Shown: one piece after another, positions 10,075-19,897 of the stretch | How positions within the stretch are numbered: the stretch's first letter is position 1 | Layout: each line of letters begins with the position of its first letter | Assembly: GCA_016192345.1 (NCBI GenBank) | Contig: JACPUH010000012.1 | Span: 5,342 to 69,341 of the forward strand | Length of the DNA stretch: 64,000 bases | Source: Ignavibacteriales bacterium | GTDB taxonomy: Bacteria > Bacteroidota > Ignavibacteria > UBA10030 | Reading direction: 5' to 3' | Made by a program: the position numbers and the translations under genes | Notes under the pieces: generated by a model | Databases searched by the model: none | Told to the model about the DNA's origin: nothing | Seen by the model: only the letters and a program-made list of their open reading frames with translations

Positions 10075-10962
10075 CTAATACGCGGGTTCCGTTGCTTTTG
10101 TCTGTCTCATCAGGAACAGACTGACGAGGAGCAGGATCACAAAGATCACGATCGAAAGAGCAGCAGCGTAGCTGAAACTGTAGAAGTTGAAAGCCGCTTT
10201 GTAGACGAACGAGACCAGGATATGCGTATTGTCCGACGGCTCCCCCCCGTTACTCACAAGCCAGACGATGTTGAGGTTGTTGAATGTCCAGATCGTGCCG
10301 AGGGTGACAGCCGGGATCATCACAGGCCGGATGAGCGGAAGCGTGATAGTCTTCAATTTGTGCCACCAGGAGGCCCCATCCATGTCAGCCGCCTCGTAGA
10401 GTTCATGGGGGATGCTCTGCAAGGCACCGAGCGCCACAATCATCATGAAGGGAAACCCGAGCCACACATTCGTCAGGATACAGGCAAGGAATGCCTCGGT
10501 GGGACTTCGAAGCCACTCCACCGCCGGAAGCCCGAGGTATTTCGTGATGACCAAGTTGATGGAACCGTATTCATAGTTGAACATTCCTCTCCAGGTCAGC
10601 GCAACAATATATTGCGGGATCGCCCAGGGGAGGATCAGAAGCGTCCTGTAGATCGACTTCCCCCGGATGGCCTGATTGAGAATGAGAGCGAGGAACACCC
10701 CCAGGGCGACATGGAACGTCACATTCACGACGGTCCAGATGATCGTCTTGAGGAAGACGTCATAGAAATCAGGCTGCGACGGTTCGGTAAATATCCTGAC
10801 GAACTGGCGCAGGCCTATGAAATCCCAATCACGGATCCTGTGCAGGTTCATGTTGCCGAACGCCAGCAGGAAATTATACAGGAACGGGTAGAACACCACC
10901 GCTGCGAGCAGGAGAAACGCCGGCACGACGAGAAAGGCGATGAAGATGTTTTGCTTCTTCAT
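10075..10962 (-). CDS. malF: ABC carbohydrate permease, MalF-like
   Basis: Polytopic membrane protein with EAA loop (YEAADMDGASWWHKLKTITLP). Track start 11019 is TTG; first ATG (MKKQNIFIAF...) at 10962. Confidence 0.8.
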   Translation of the reverse strand: MKKQNIFIAFLVVPAFLLLAAVVFYPFLYNFLLAFGNMNLHRIRDWDFIGLRQFVRIFTEPSQPDFYDVFLKTIIWTVVNVTFHVALGVFLALILNQAIRGKSIYRTLLILPWAIPQYIVALTWRGMFNYEYGSINLVITKYLGLPAVEWLRSPTEAFLACILTNVWLGFPFMMIVALGALQSIPHELYEAADMDGASWWHKLKTITLPLIRPVMIPAVTLGTIWTFNNLNIVWLVSNGGEPSDNTHILVSFVYKAAFNFYSFSYAAALSIVIFVILLLVSLFLMRQTKATEPAY

Positions 10963-11181
10963 GAACACGCTGCGACCTCTGTCTCTTACGGTATCATTGA
11001 TGGCAAACCGAGTCTTCAACAGTTATCATCAGACTCGTGGAAGTGTCCCTCAATCGACTTGGGTTTTAACTGCAAAGGTCTCAGAGGATACGCAAAGCAA
11101 TGTTTCCAAAATATTTCTCTGTGTCCTCTGTGTCTTTGCGGTAATTTCCTTCCCCGCGTAGGCCCTACCAGCACAGATAGT

Positions 11182-12435
11182 TTACTCGTTCATCTCACGG
11201 ATTTTCCTCACGGCAAGTGCCTGCATCTCTTTGGCAGCCTGCTCCGGCGTTTTCGCGCGGCCCATCACGGCCTGGTACCCTGGACGCATCGCGTCCCACA
11301 CCGCCCGCAACTCGGACACCACGGGCATCAGCCTCCCACGTTTAATCTGAAGCAATGAATTTTGCAGGTTTTCGTTGGCAAGGATCTCTGGATGGCTGTA
11401 CAACGCCGTCCGGGTCGGAGCAGTCCCCAACGCCCGCACCGTCTCAAGCTGGCTCTCCTCCGACAAACAGAACTTCAGGAGATCCAGCACGAGATCAAGT
11501 TTTTCCCCCGAAAGATTGATATTCACCGAGTATCCTTTCGGGGAGGTCATGGGAGCGCACCAGAGCCCCGTCTCCATGATCATCGGGAGCGGAGCGATGC
11601 CAAGATCGATTCCCCGCTGGGCATAGCCGGCCCATGACCAATCTCCATTGATGAGCATCGCAGCCTTCCCATCCTTGAACAGTGCGTCGGCAATCTCGTA
11701 GTCAGCTTCGTTGGGGACAATCTTCTCCGTATCCCGCAATCCCCGGATGAAATGCAGGGCCTTGACCATCGCATGGTTGTCCAGCGACGGGGTCACCCCA
11801 TCCTCCTCGAAGACCCAACCGCCGAACCCTGTGTAGAACGGGATGAAGAAGAAGGGCTCAATGTAGTTCCACGCCAGCCCGTAGACATTCGGCCTCCCTG
11901 CCGTATACCCATAGTTATCTTGAATGCTCTTGCTGAGAGCTATGAGCTCGAGGTCGTTCACCGGAGGTTTCCGGATGTATTTCTTGTTGTACAACAGTGC
12001 AAGGTGGTTTCCGAATTTATCGGCGATCTGGTACAGGTGCCCCTTGTACCAAAGAAGCGATGAAGAATCGAATTCCGCCAGGTAGCTGGCCGGGAACAGA
12101 TGCTCGAGGGGCTTGATGCTCTTCGTCGCCTCATAGATCCCCACCGGATCGGAGGGACCGTAGACGAGATCGGGTCCCTGTCCCGCGATCGTCGAAATCA
12201 CATACGCGCTGCGCAATGTTTCGGTCTCCTTGAACAACTCGACGATCGTGACATCGGGATGCAGCTTCTTGTACCGGGCGATCTGCGCCTGCAGAACGGC
12301 CTGCTCATCGGGGCGCGTCTGATGCCAGATGACGATTTTCCGCTCGTCCGACCCTCCTCCCCCACATCCCAGGAGCAGGAGAAGGGAAAGGAAATGGAAC
12401 TTCCAGCTTTTGAAATATCCCGTCACGTGTGGCAT
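11182..12435 (-). CDS. malE: extracellular solute-binding lipoprotein, maltose/maltodextrin-binding (MalE-like)
   Basis: Lipoprotein signal LLLLGCGGGGS. Family 1 solute-binding protein fold features. Track start is GTG; ATG at 12435. Confidence 0.8.
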   Translation of the reverse strand: MPHVTGYFKSWKFHFLSLLLLLGCGGGGSDERKIVIWHQTRPDEQAVLQAQIARYKKLHPDVTIVELFKETETLRSAYVISTIAGQGPDLVYGPSDPVGIYEATKSIKPLEHLFPASYLAEFDSSSLLWYKGHLYQIADKFGNHLALLYNKKYIRKPPVNDLELIALSKSIQDNYGYTAGRPNVYGLAWNYIEPFFFIPFYTGFGGWVFEEDGVTPSLDNHAMVKALHFIRGLRDTEKIVPNEADYEIADALFKDGKAAMLINGDWSWAGYAQRGIDLGIAPLPMIMETGLWCAPMTSPKGYSVNINLSGEKLDLVLDLLKFCLSEESQLETVRALGTAPTRTALYSHPEILANENLQNSLLQIKRGRLMPVVSELRAVWDAMRPGYQAVMGRAKTPEQAAKEMQALAVRKIREMNE

Positions 12436-12467
12436 GAGTTTCTTCAAAGATGGTGCGGTGCTGTTGT

Positions 12468-14774
12468 TCACATGTCTCCAAATTTCCTGAACACAATTTG
12501 ACTTGCTCCCGCCTCGTGTGTGATGCGGACGCTCCGGTTGACACGTGAAAACTCCTCACCCGGAGCCCAACTCCCTTCGGCGCCGCTGTTGGTGTACTTA
12601 TACTCCAGGTCGATCCCGGGAGGGAGCCGCAGTTCGATCGTCCAGATCCCATCTTCCTTCTCATCGCCATGGGTCCCGTCATCATACATTCTGATCTTGT
12701 TCGGAGTCCAGTTCCCAAGGAGTTCGTGATTGCCCGCGATGAAGATCGCTTTGGGGACAGCGAGATCACGGGCATCGACCTGAAACAGGACCGTGACGAG
12801 GTCCGGCCGGCTTTGTGCCATAGCCCCCTGGGCCTTTTGCGGGGTCGTTGTTCCTTCCCGGATGACCGGCTCAAACGTTCGGACCGGGATGGTCCCACCC
12901 GCCCGTCCGGCGAATTCATAGATGTTGTTAAGATGGGTCCTGAAGGCCACATCGAACGGTTTATCACCGGCAGGAGCGTTCTGATCGTTTCCGTACCACC
13001 AGAACCAGTCGGATCCCTCGGCGGCGTACATCGACTCCCAGGCACGATACGTGTACCACGCTTTTGTATTTCTCTGCGGTGCTCGGGCTTTTGGATCGGG
13101 TTGCGGCAGTCCGGAATTCGCCAGGTCGGTCCGTGCCTGCAGGAGATATTCCCACGCCCGGTTCTCCTCCCCCTCCCCGATCCACGTGTCATAGTTCCCG
13201 TTGATCCACGACCCCGGCCAGAGCCGTTCGAGTTTGTCCATCCCCTCAACAGGATGTGGGGAGATCCTCCGCCCGGGATTCCCCCGGATGTATTCCGTCA
13301 TTGTTGTGGTCACAAGTCGACCATCTTCCTGCAGCTTTGAGAGTTTCCGGTAGAGTGCACGGAGAAACGCCTTGCCGTCATTATCACGGCGGTAGTGTTC
13401 CCATGCGTTCTCGCCATCGAGAATGACGGTCAGCAAGCGGTCTGTTTCCCCTTCCGCCGGCGCGTAGCGAAGAATATGCTCGATGAAATCATCAGACGCC
13501 TCTTCGCCGGTGTATTGCTGATAGACAAATCCGATTTTATCCGAAAGCTCGGTGTCCCGGAACACGATGGCGACGGAGCTCTCCATTCCGTTCCCTCCCG
13601 AGAGAGCGTACGGAAAGTACTTCGGTCGCCCTTCCGGTTGGGATCGTGCGAGGATCTTCTCGTCGGTTGCCACCCACCGGATACCGTACTTTGCGAAGAC
13701 GGCAACGACGTCCTGGGCCACGGACCCTTCCGCGGGCCACATCCCGGTCGGCCGCATGCCGAATTGTTTCTCGAAAAACGTGACGGCTTTGGCCACCTGC
13801 GCCTCGGCGTCCATCGGAAAATGAAACCGTGCGGGCAGGGGGACATCCGGCTGGCCGGCTTTTGCAAGATCGCTGTCGTAGATCAAAGGAAGGATCGGGT
13901 GGTAGTACGGCGTCGTGATCACCTCGACCTGTCCGTGATGGCTGACCGGGTCGTACATCAGTTTCCTGTGCATCGGAATGATCGCTGCAAGAACCTTGTA
14001 GGTTTCGGCGACGATCCGATTGCAGTCGTCTTCGCTAACGGTGTTCTTCAATCGGTAAGTTCCATCGCCCTCCCGGGAGACCAGGTCGGTCAGGTCGACC
14101 GTGTGGCCGTTGACCAGCGTGATCTTGCCTTCGAGGAAGTCGGGATCAAAATACGCAAGGTAGAACCAGAATTTAATCTCCCTGAGCTCCTGTTCGCTCA
14201 GGCCCTTTGCACCGACCGCCTGAAAACGATCCCTCAGAGCCTTGTACTCCGGAAACCGGTCAATCATGACATCGCTCAAACCGAACGCGTTCCAGACATT
14301 GGTGAGGAGATGCTGCCGGTCCTTCTCGTCAAAATCTCCGGTCTGTTTCAGAGCGAGGTCGATCCAGGGATCCGTTTTCCCTCCGAACGCGGCGAAGTAA
14401 CGCCTGGCGCTGACCCGGTTTTTCTTCCCGTCCACGAACGATTTCAGCCGCCGAACGTAATATTCATCGAGCTGCTGCAGCAACGAGGAGGTGAGGTTGA
14501 CGTTGAAGTGAATATCGGGATACTGTTGGAGGATCGACACCATGTCGTAGTAATCCTTCGTACCGTGGGTCCTGACCCACGGGCCCTGAAGCTGGTCGGT
14601 GGCCGGATCAAGGTAGAGAGGCTGGTGTTGATGCCAGATGATGTTGAGGTACAGAGGTTTGCCGGCCTTCGGATGTTCATCCGGCACAGGCGTAACCCCC
14701 GATGGCTGGGATTGAGCCAAAGCGATGAAAGCGAAAGCGGAGAGAAGAAAAGAACGTTCCAGGATATTCAACAT
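12468..14774 (-). CDS. GH57 family enzyme with C-terminal CBM20-like starch-binding module
   Basis: IIWHQHQP...HGTKDYYDM motifs of GH57. C-terminal module AGNHELLGNWTP...EYKY. Signal peptide from ATG at 14774 (MLNILERSFLLSAFAFIALA). Confidence 0.8.
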   Translation of the reverse strand: MLNILERSFLLSAFAFIALAQSQPSGVTPVPDEHPKAGKPLYLNIIWHQHQPLYLDPATDQLQGPWVRTHGTKDYYDMVSILQQYPDIHFNVNLTSSLLQQLDEYYVRRLKSFVDGKKNRVSARRYFAAFGGKTDPWIDLALKQTGDFDEKDRQHLLTNVWNAFGLSDVMIDRFPEYKALRDRFQAVGAKGLSEQELREIKFWFYLAYFDPDFLEGKITLVNGHTVDLTDLVSREGDGTYRLKNTVSEDDCNRIVAETYKVLAAIIPMHRKLMYDPVSHHGQVEVITTPYYHPILPLIYDSDLAKAGQPDVPLPARFHFPMDAEAQVAKAVTFFEKQFGMRPTGMWPAEGSVAQDVVAVFAKYGIRWVATDEKILARSQPEGRPKYFPYALSGGNGMESSVAIVFRDTELSDKIGFVYQQYTGEEASDDFIEHILRYAPAEGETDRLLTVILDGENAWEHYRRDNDGKAFLRALYRKLSKLQEDGRLVTTTMTEYIRGNPGRRISPHPVEGMDKLERLWPGSWINGNYDTWIGEGEENRAWEYLLQARTDLANSGLPQPDPKARAPQRNTKAWYTYRAWESMYAAEGSDWFWWYGNDQNAPAGDKPFDVAFRTHLNNIYEFAGRAGGTIPVRTFEPVIREGTTTPQKAQGAMAQSRPDLVTVLFQVDARDLAVPKAIFIAGNHELLGNWTPNKIRMYDDGTHGDEKEDGIWTIELRLPPGIDLEYKYTNSGAEGSWAPGEEFSRVNRSVRITHEAGASQIVFRKFGDM

Positions 14775-14778
14775 ATCG

Positions 14779-17613
14779 TTAGCGAAGTACCATGAGTTTG
14801 CGAATTGCGGTAAAAGCCCCGGCCTGCAGGCGGACGAAGTAAATGCCGCTCGGCATGGCGTGTCCATTCACATCCCTCCCGTCCCATATCGCTCCATGGC
14901 GACCGGGATTCATTTCTCCTTCCTTCAAGGAGACCACTTCTTCACCGAGAAGCGTATACACCTTGAGGCTGATCGAGGCCGTCCGAGGAATGCTGTATTC
15001 AATTGTCGTGGTCGGGTTGAAAGGATTCGGATAGTTCTGATGCAGCGCAAACGCCGAGGGAGTCCCTTCGGTTTGCCGTTCGACCGACGTGGGGATCCCG
15101 AGCTCGGCATTTCTCCTGTTGGAGAATACACGGGCCGTATATTCCGGAATCGTTATCGAGGGAAGGGGGACCGTCGGCACGGTGAGGATACTTTCGTCAA
15201 ACACATCGTACCAGGTCCCGCTGGAGAGCCACGGAACATTCGCCATGGTTCTGGGAACCCCGCTCAGGTTTGCCACCACCATGACACCGGCGTTGCTCAC
15301 CGTATCCTCCAACGCCCACACAAGAACGCGTTCGGTTACGTAGCGCCCAAGCTTTCGGAGAACGCCGCTTGTGAGAGCGGGATTCAGTGTTCTCTGAAGG
15401 ATCAGCGATCGGTAATGGTTGAAGTGCGCCTGTCCACGCTCTGTAGACAAGAGGGACCATTGGAGCGGACGATAGACGAGCTTCTGCCCGTCCGAACTCC
15501 ACCCTCGTGGTTCAGCCCACTCCATTCCCTGCCAGAGCATCGGGATTCCGAGCGACGTGAACAAGAAGGTCGCATACAGTTTATCTCTCTGCACCGCCTC
15601 CCCGATCGCGACACTCTGAAATGCGTTCATCTCGTAGATGAGCGACTGCTCGTCATGCGTCACGGTGGCGTTCACCGGCTCCGTTCTTCCGGAGTATCGG
15701 TCGGGTATCGACGGCTGGTCATTGCTCGTATAGGCTCCGAGGTTGAGGACGAGTTCCTCAAGCGTTGCAAGATCCCTGTTCCGGAAGCGGGCCTCATCGA
15801 AGAGTTCGTCCCGAAAACTGTCATGCCATCCACCCGTCAGCCCGCTATGATAGATCAGGGCGGGACTTTCCGGAAGATGCTCCGCTATTTGGTATACGCT
15901 GTCGCCGTATTCAGTGGCGATGCGATTCGCCCACCCCAGGATACCCCTTGTTGGGTCGCGCGTGTCCCATCCAATGCCTTGTGTAAAATCATAGCGAAAG
16001 CCGTCGACCTTGTAAATGTCGAGCCACATCTTGAGAGATTGGTAAACGATTTCCTGGGTTTCGTTCGTCCAATGATCCATGTCCTTGAAGAAGAAGAGCG
16101 CGTCTTCGTTGAACCGGGAGTCGTTCTGCCGTTTGAAATACGGGTTGGCATCTTCGTCGGGTTGCATCTGCCAGAGGGGGCTCGTGTCATTCAGATGATT
16201 GAAAACCACGTCGACGATGACGGCAATGCCGCGTGCGTGTGCCGCGTCGACGAGCGCCTTGAAGTCGCGGGGAGTTCCGTAGACAGGCTCAAGAGCAAAG
16301 TAGCTGTTCAGGTCGTATCCCCACGAGTGGCCTGACCGCCCCACGGCCCCGTAGTCGTTCACCGGCATCAGCTCGATCGCGTTGACCCCCAGGGAATCCA
16401 GGTGCGGCAGGAGTTGCCGGAGATCGGCAAAAGTCCCCGGCTGGGAGGAGGAGCGATTGAAGAAGCCCCCGCCAAATTCCCCCACGTTCAGCTCATAAAT
16501 GACAAGCCGGTCCATGGAGGGACGTTCATAGCCGGTGGTCTGCCATGCATAATCATCGGCCGTCAGCCCCTCGGGTCCGACGGTAAAGCGGGTTCCCTGA
16601 TCGCCGGTATATCGCCCCCAGGGATCGTAGAGGAGCTTCCCGTCTTCGAGTTCATAGCGGTACTCATACGTACCGGGATTGAGTTTGAGGTTCATCCACC
16701 AGTCGTCGCCGGAGGAAACGTTTTTCCGCATCACGATGGCAGGAGCGGTCGCCACCGGCTGGCCCGCCGGGGCGATGCGCAGGAGAACGTAGGCTTTATC
16801 CCGGACACGCAACCGGAACGTCGTGGAATCTCCCCACACCGGTCCCTGCAGTGTGACACCATGGCCGGTGTTGCCCGGCATCAACATCCGCGGAACAACG
16901 TACCCCCCCTTCGCGAGGACCACGGAGTCCCCCTTGTCGTTGTAAGCAACGAGACGAATGTAATTGGTCTTCGGGATGGGCGCGAGGGGGGTGTACGAAA
17001 AAATTCTTCGCGTCCGGTCGAACGAGGAAATCACCTCCGCCGTCGGTAATGTGCTCGACACTTCCGCGCCGGTGGAGAAGAGGATGGATACGATGCTGTC
17101 CGCATTCGCATGGGGAAGGCCAGCAACGATCCGGGTGATTTCGCTCCCCGACTCCTGTTGGTACTGCTCGAACCAGAACAGACGGGTGAGACGCAGAACC
17201 GAATTGTTATTGTCGTTCGGGTTCGTTTCGGGATTCAGGGGATCGGACATCCACCCGGCATCCACCCCGCCACGATTGAATTTATACTGATAGACGGAAT
17301 CACCCATGCGCCTCGACTGATCACTTCCATCCTTGATTTTAAAGGTGAGGGTTTTGATCCACGCTGCATGCGATGCGTCGTAGGTCATGCGGGAGATCGC
17401 GGAGTTTGGCGTCCATCCATTGAATTCCCCCGGAAGATAGAAGGTCGTCGAGGGAGATTCGTGGCTTCTGAACGTGACGGTAATACTGTCCGCTCTGGTC
17501 TGGGCGGGGAGGGTGAGCGGTAGAAGACCCGCCGCTGCACCGAGCACCACCGACGCCAACCATGGCTTAGTCCGGTGGAATTGACGACTCCTGAATATGA
17601 GGCGGAGGATCAC
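14779..17613 (-). CDS. secreted GH13 alpha-amylase/pullulanase-like enzyme with N-terminal CBM-like modules and T9SS type-A C-terminal sorting domain
   Basis: GH13 motifs GIAVIVDVVFNH, GFRYDFTQGIG. N-terminal FNGWTP...YQYKF CBM-like module. C-terminal NYPNPFNPTTTIEYSIP...GIYFVRL T9SS CTD. Start uncertain: track start 17655 is TTG and overlaps the upstream small ORF; GTG at 17613 gives a plausible signal peptide. Confidence 0.8.
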   Translation of the reverse strand: MILRLIFRSRQFHRTKPWLASVVLGAAAGLLPLTLPAQTRADSITVTFRSHESPSTTFYLPGEFNGWTPNSAISRMTYDASHAAWIKTLTFKIKDGSDQSRRMGDSVYQYKFNRGGVDAGWMSDPLNPETNPNDNNNSVLRLTRLFWFEQYQQESGSEITRIVAGLPHANADSIVSILFSTGAEVSSTLPTAEVISSFDRTRRIFSYTPLAPIPKTNYIRLVAYNDKGDSVVLAKGGYVVPRMLMPGNTGHGVTLQGPVWGDSTTFRLRVRDKAYVLLRIAPAGQPVATAPAIVMRKNVSSGDDWWMNLKLNPGTYEYRYELEDGKLLYDPWGRYTGDQGTRFTVGPEGLTADDYAWQTTGYERPSMDRLVIYELNVGEFGGGFFNRSSSQPGTFADLRQLLPHLDSLGVNAIELMPVNDYGAVGRSGHSWGYDLNSYFALEPVYGTPRDFKALVDAAHARGIAVIVDVVFNHLNDTSPLWQMQPDEDANPYFKRQNDSRFNEDALFFFKDMDHWTNETQEIVYQSLKMWLDIYKVDGFRYDFTQGIGWDTRDPTRGILGWANRIATEYGDSVYQIAEHLPESPALIYHSGLTGGWHDSFRDELFDEARFRNRDLATLEELVLNLGAYTSNDQPSIPDRYSGRTEPVNATVTHDEQSLIYEMNAFQSVAIGEAVQRDKLYATFLFTSLGIPMLWQGMEWAEPRGWSSDGQKLVYRPLQWSLLSTERGQAHFNHYRSLILQRTLNPALTSGVLRKLGRYVTERVLVWALEDTVSNAGVMVVANLSGVPRTMANVPWLSSGTWYDVFDESILTVPTVPLPSITIPEYTARVFSNRRNAELGIPTSVERQTEGTPSAFALHQNYPNPFNPTTTIEYSIPRTASISLKVYTLLGEEVVSLKEGEMNPGRHGAIWDGRDVNGHAMPSGIYFVRLQAGAFTAIRKLMVLR

Positions 17614-17626
17614 GGTGGCTCGCCGG

Positions 17627-17806
17627 TTAAAATAGTGTGTAGATAAAAGGGGCAAGCGCGGAACCTTCCGTCAGGACGATGAGGAGACTCAGGAGCATCA
17701 GCACAACAATGATCGGGCCCAGCCACCATTTCTTCCGGACTTTCATAAAGCCCCAGAGTTCTCCCACGATCCGCAACCGGGACTTGGCGTGTTTGAGAAA
17801 TTTCAT
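17627..17806 (-). CDS. unannotated 59-aa small membrane protein, SxtK-like (DUF5989-type) carbamoyltransferase-associated protein
   Basis: Hand-translated, below track cut-off: MKFLKHAKSRLRIVGELWGFMKVRKKWWLGPIIVVLMLLSLLIVLTEGSALAPFIYTLF. KVRKKWWL-PI and APFIYTLF motifs match, from memory, the small protein co-occurring with NodU/CmcH carbamoyltransferases. Confidence 0.5.
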   Translation of the reverse strand: MKFLKHAKSRLRIVGELWGFMKVRKKWWLGPIIVVLMLLSLLIVLTEGSALAPFIYTLF

Positions 17807-18155
17807 ATCCTGAATCCTTTCCGCAATCGTTTACCAGACGCTGATGAACTCTTTATTATTTGCCACAAAGGGAAAAATCTTTTTCATGGGATCAACCATC
17901 GCCAAAGGCTGTGGCTTTTTTTTCCGTTGATTTTTCCCGCGAAACACACTAAACACACGAAATCAGATTTTCCCTTTCGCGTTTTTCGCGCCTGGCCCGG
18001 CATGTTTTGGCCGGGGTGTTTCGTGGGCAACTCTTTTCTGTTCCCTTGACCTGTTCGTAGACCGGAAAAGATTGCCGGCAATGCCGAACGTCCATAACGA
18101 CTGCCAGAAGCAGCGGGTTTTCACGTTGCGCTCCATTGAGACCTCTTCTCCAACG

Positions 18156-19895
18156 TCAGTCGGGGTCAAAGCGTTCTTCGAACTGTTCCTGCTTCCATTC
18201 GTTGCCCATCAATTTCTTCTCGAGGATGAAGCTCCCCATAACCAGGGCATCCATATCCGTACGCATGAAACAGCGCCACGCCTCTTCCGGCGTGCAGACA
18301 ATGGGTTCACCACGAACATTGAACGACGTATTGATCACCACGGGGCATCCGGTTTGCCGGTCGAATTCCTTCAGGAGATCGTAGAACAACGGGTGTTGCT
18401 TCCGATTGACGGTCTGCAACCGGGCCGAGCCATCGATATGCGTGACGGCCGGTATCTCCCTCTTCTCCGGCCGAACATCGGCGACGAACAGCATGAACGG
18501 GCTGGGTCCCTCGAACTCAAAATATTCGCTTGCCCGTTCCTCCAGGACCGCGGGAGCAAACGGCCGGAAACTCTCACGGAATTTGATCTTCAGATTCACC
18601 ACCGATTGGTTCCGCGGATTACGGGCATCGGCAAGGATGCTGCGGCTTCCCAGCGCGCGCGGTCCAAACTCCATCCGTCCCTGAAACCAGCCGACCACGT
18701 GCTGTTGCGAGATGAGTTCCGCGGTCTCCTTCAGCAGTTGTTCCCGTCCGCATGTTCGGAACGGTATCCCTTTCTCACGAAGGAAGGCGCCTATGTGATC
18801 GTCCCCGAATTCGGGACCCAGGAACGCGTCCTCCATCACAAAAGTCCTGGCGTTCTTCAGAAGTGTGTTGTGCACAAAGAAGGCCGCACCGACCGAACCG
18901 CCTGCGTCCCCGGCCGCCGGTTGTACGAAGATCTCCCGGAACGAGGTTTCCTCCAGCACCTTGCTGTTGGAGACGCAATTCAGCGCGACACCCCCTGCCA
19001 TGCAAAGGTTTTTCATCCCCGTCTCCCGCTCCGCCTGACGGGCCATCTGAACAACGATCGTATCCGTTGCCTTCTGGAGAGAGGCCGCAACATCCTTGTG
19101 GAATTGCCCGAGGGGGGACTCCGGATTCCGTCTCGGCTGTCCGAAGAGGGTCTCGAATTTCCTCCCCGTCATGGTCAGGGCATGGTGATAGGTAAAGTAT
19201 TTCATGTTGAGCTTGAAGCTTCCATCCGGCTTGAGCGAGACGAGTTCCCGCATGATGAGGTCGTACCACCGGGGTTCGCCGTAGGGAGCCAGCCCCATCA
19301 CCTTGTACTCTGCGCTGTTCACCCGGAACCCGAGATAATAGGTAAAGGCGGAGTAGAGCAACCCGAGGGAATGGGGAAAATGGATGGAGCGGGACAAATG
19401 AATATCATTGCCGCGTCCGTATCCCAGCGTCGCCGTTTCCCACTCCCCCACACCGTCGATCGTCAGGATGGCCGCTTCCTCAAACGGACTGACAAGAAAG
19501 GCGCTTGCCGCATGAGCGGTGTGATGATCGGTGAACAGGACCTCCCCCTCGTACCCCAGCTCCCGCTCGATGGTTTGCGGGATCCACATCTTCTCTTTCA
19601 GCCACACCGGCATCGCCTTAAGATAGGGGAGGTAGCCGAGGGGAAACGTGGCGAGCGATGTGAGGAGGATCCTTTCAAACTTGACGAAGGGCTTGTCATA
19701 GAACGCCACATAGTCAAGGTCGGAGACCGATATCCCCGCCTCCCGGAGACAGGAGTGAATGGCGTTCGTCGGGAAGCCGGGGTCGTGACGTTTCCGGGTA
19801 AAGCGTTCCTCCTGGGCCGCTGCGACCAGCGTTCCGTTCTGCACCAGCGCCGCCGCAGCATCGTGGTAGAAGCATGAGATCCCGAGGATGTTCAT
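18156..19895 (-). CDS. carbamoyltransferase, NodU/CmcH family
   Basis: 579 aa. N-terminal ILGISCFYHDAAAALV, full-length similarity to O-carbamoyltransferases (N-terminal ASKHA-like plus C-terminal YrdC-like domain). ATG verified. Confidence 0.85.
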   Translation of the reverse strand: MNILGISCFYHDAAAALVQNGTLVAAAQEERFTRKRHDPGFPTNAIHSCLREAGISVSDLDYVAFYDKPFVKFERILLTSLATFPLGYLPYLKAMPVWLKEKMWIPQTIERELGYEGEVLFTDHHTAHAASAFLVSPFEEAAILTIDGVGEWETATLGYGRGNDIHLSRSIHFPHSLGLLYSAFTYYLGFRVNSAEYKVMGLAPYGEPRWYDLIMRELVSLKPDGSFKLNMKYFTYHHALTMTGRKFETLFGQPRRNPESPLGQFHKDVAASLQKATDTIVVQMARQAERETGMKNLCMAGGVALNCVSNSKVLEETSFREIFVQPAAGDAGGSVGAAFFVHNTLLKNARTFVMEDAFLGPEFGDDHIGAFLREKGIPFRTCGREQLLKETAELISQQHVVGWFQGRMEFGPRALGSRSILADARNPRNQSVVNLKIKFRESFRPFAPAVLEERASEYFEFEGPSPFMLFVADVRPEKREIPAVTHIDGSARLQTVNRKQHPLFYDLLKEFDRQTGCPVVINTSFNVRGEPIVCTPEEAWRCFMRTDMDALVMGSFILEKKLMGNEWKQEQFEERFDPD

Positions 19896-19897
19896 CG

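Noticed and set aside
12305-13249. 314-aa minus-strand ORF overlapping the GH57-CBM gene in another frame, and similar long ORFs antisense to real genes (e.g. 5310..6359, 7461..8480, 10222..11358, 13395..14795, 14725..16335, 18072..19877, 26471..27625, 28381..29406, 29929..30990, 31283..32923, 36328..37356, 41094..41978, 44535..45443, 60206..61060)
   Set aside because: Their products are low-complexity (R/P/G/S-rich), show no domain signatures, and fully overlap confidently identified genes. Typical stop-codon-poor shadow ORFs in GC-rich DNA.
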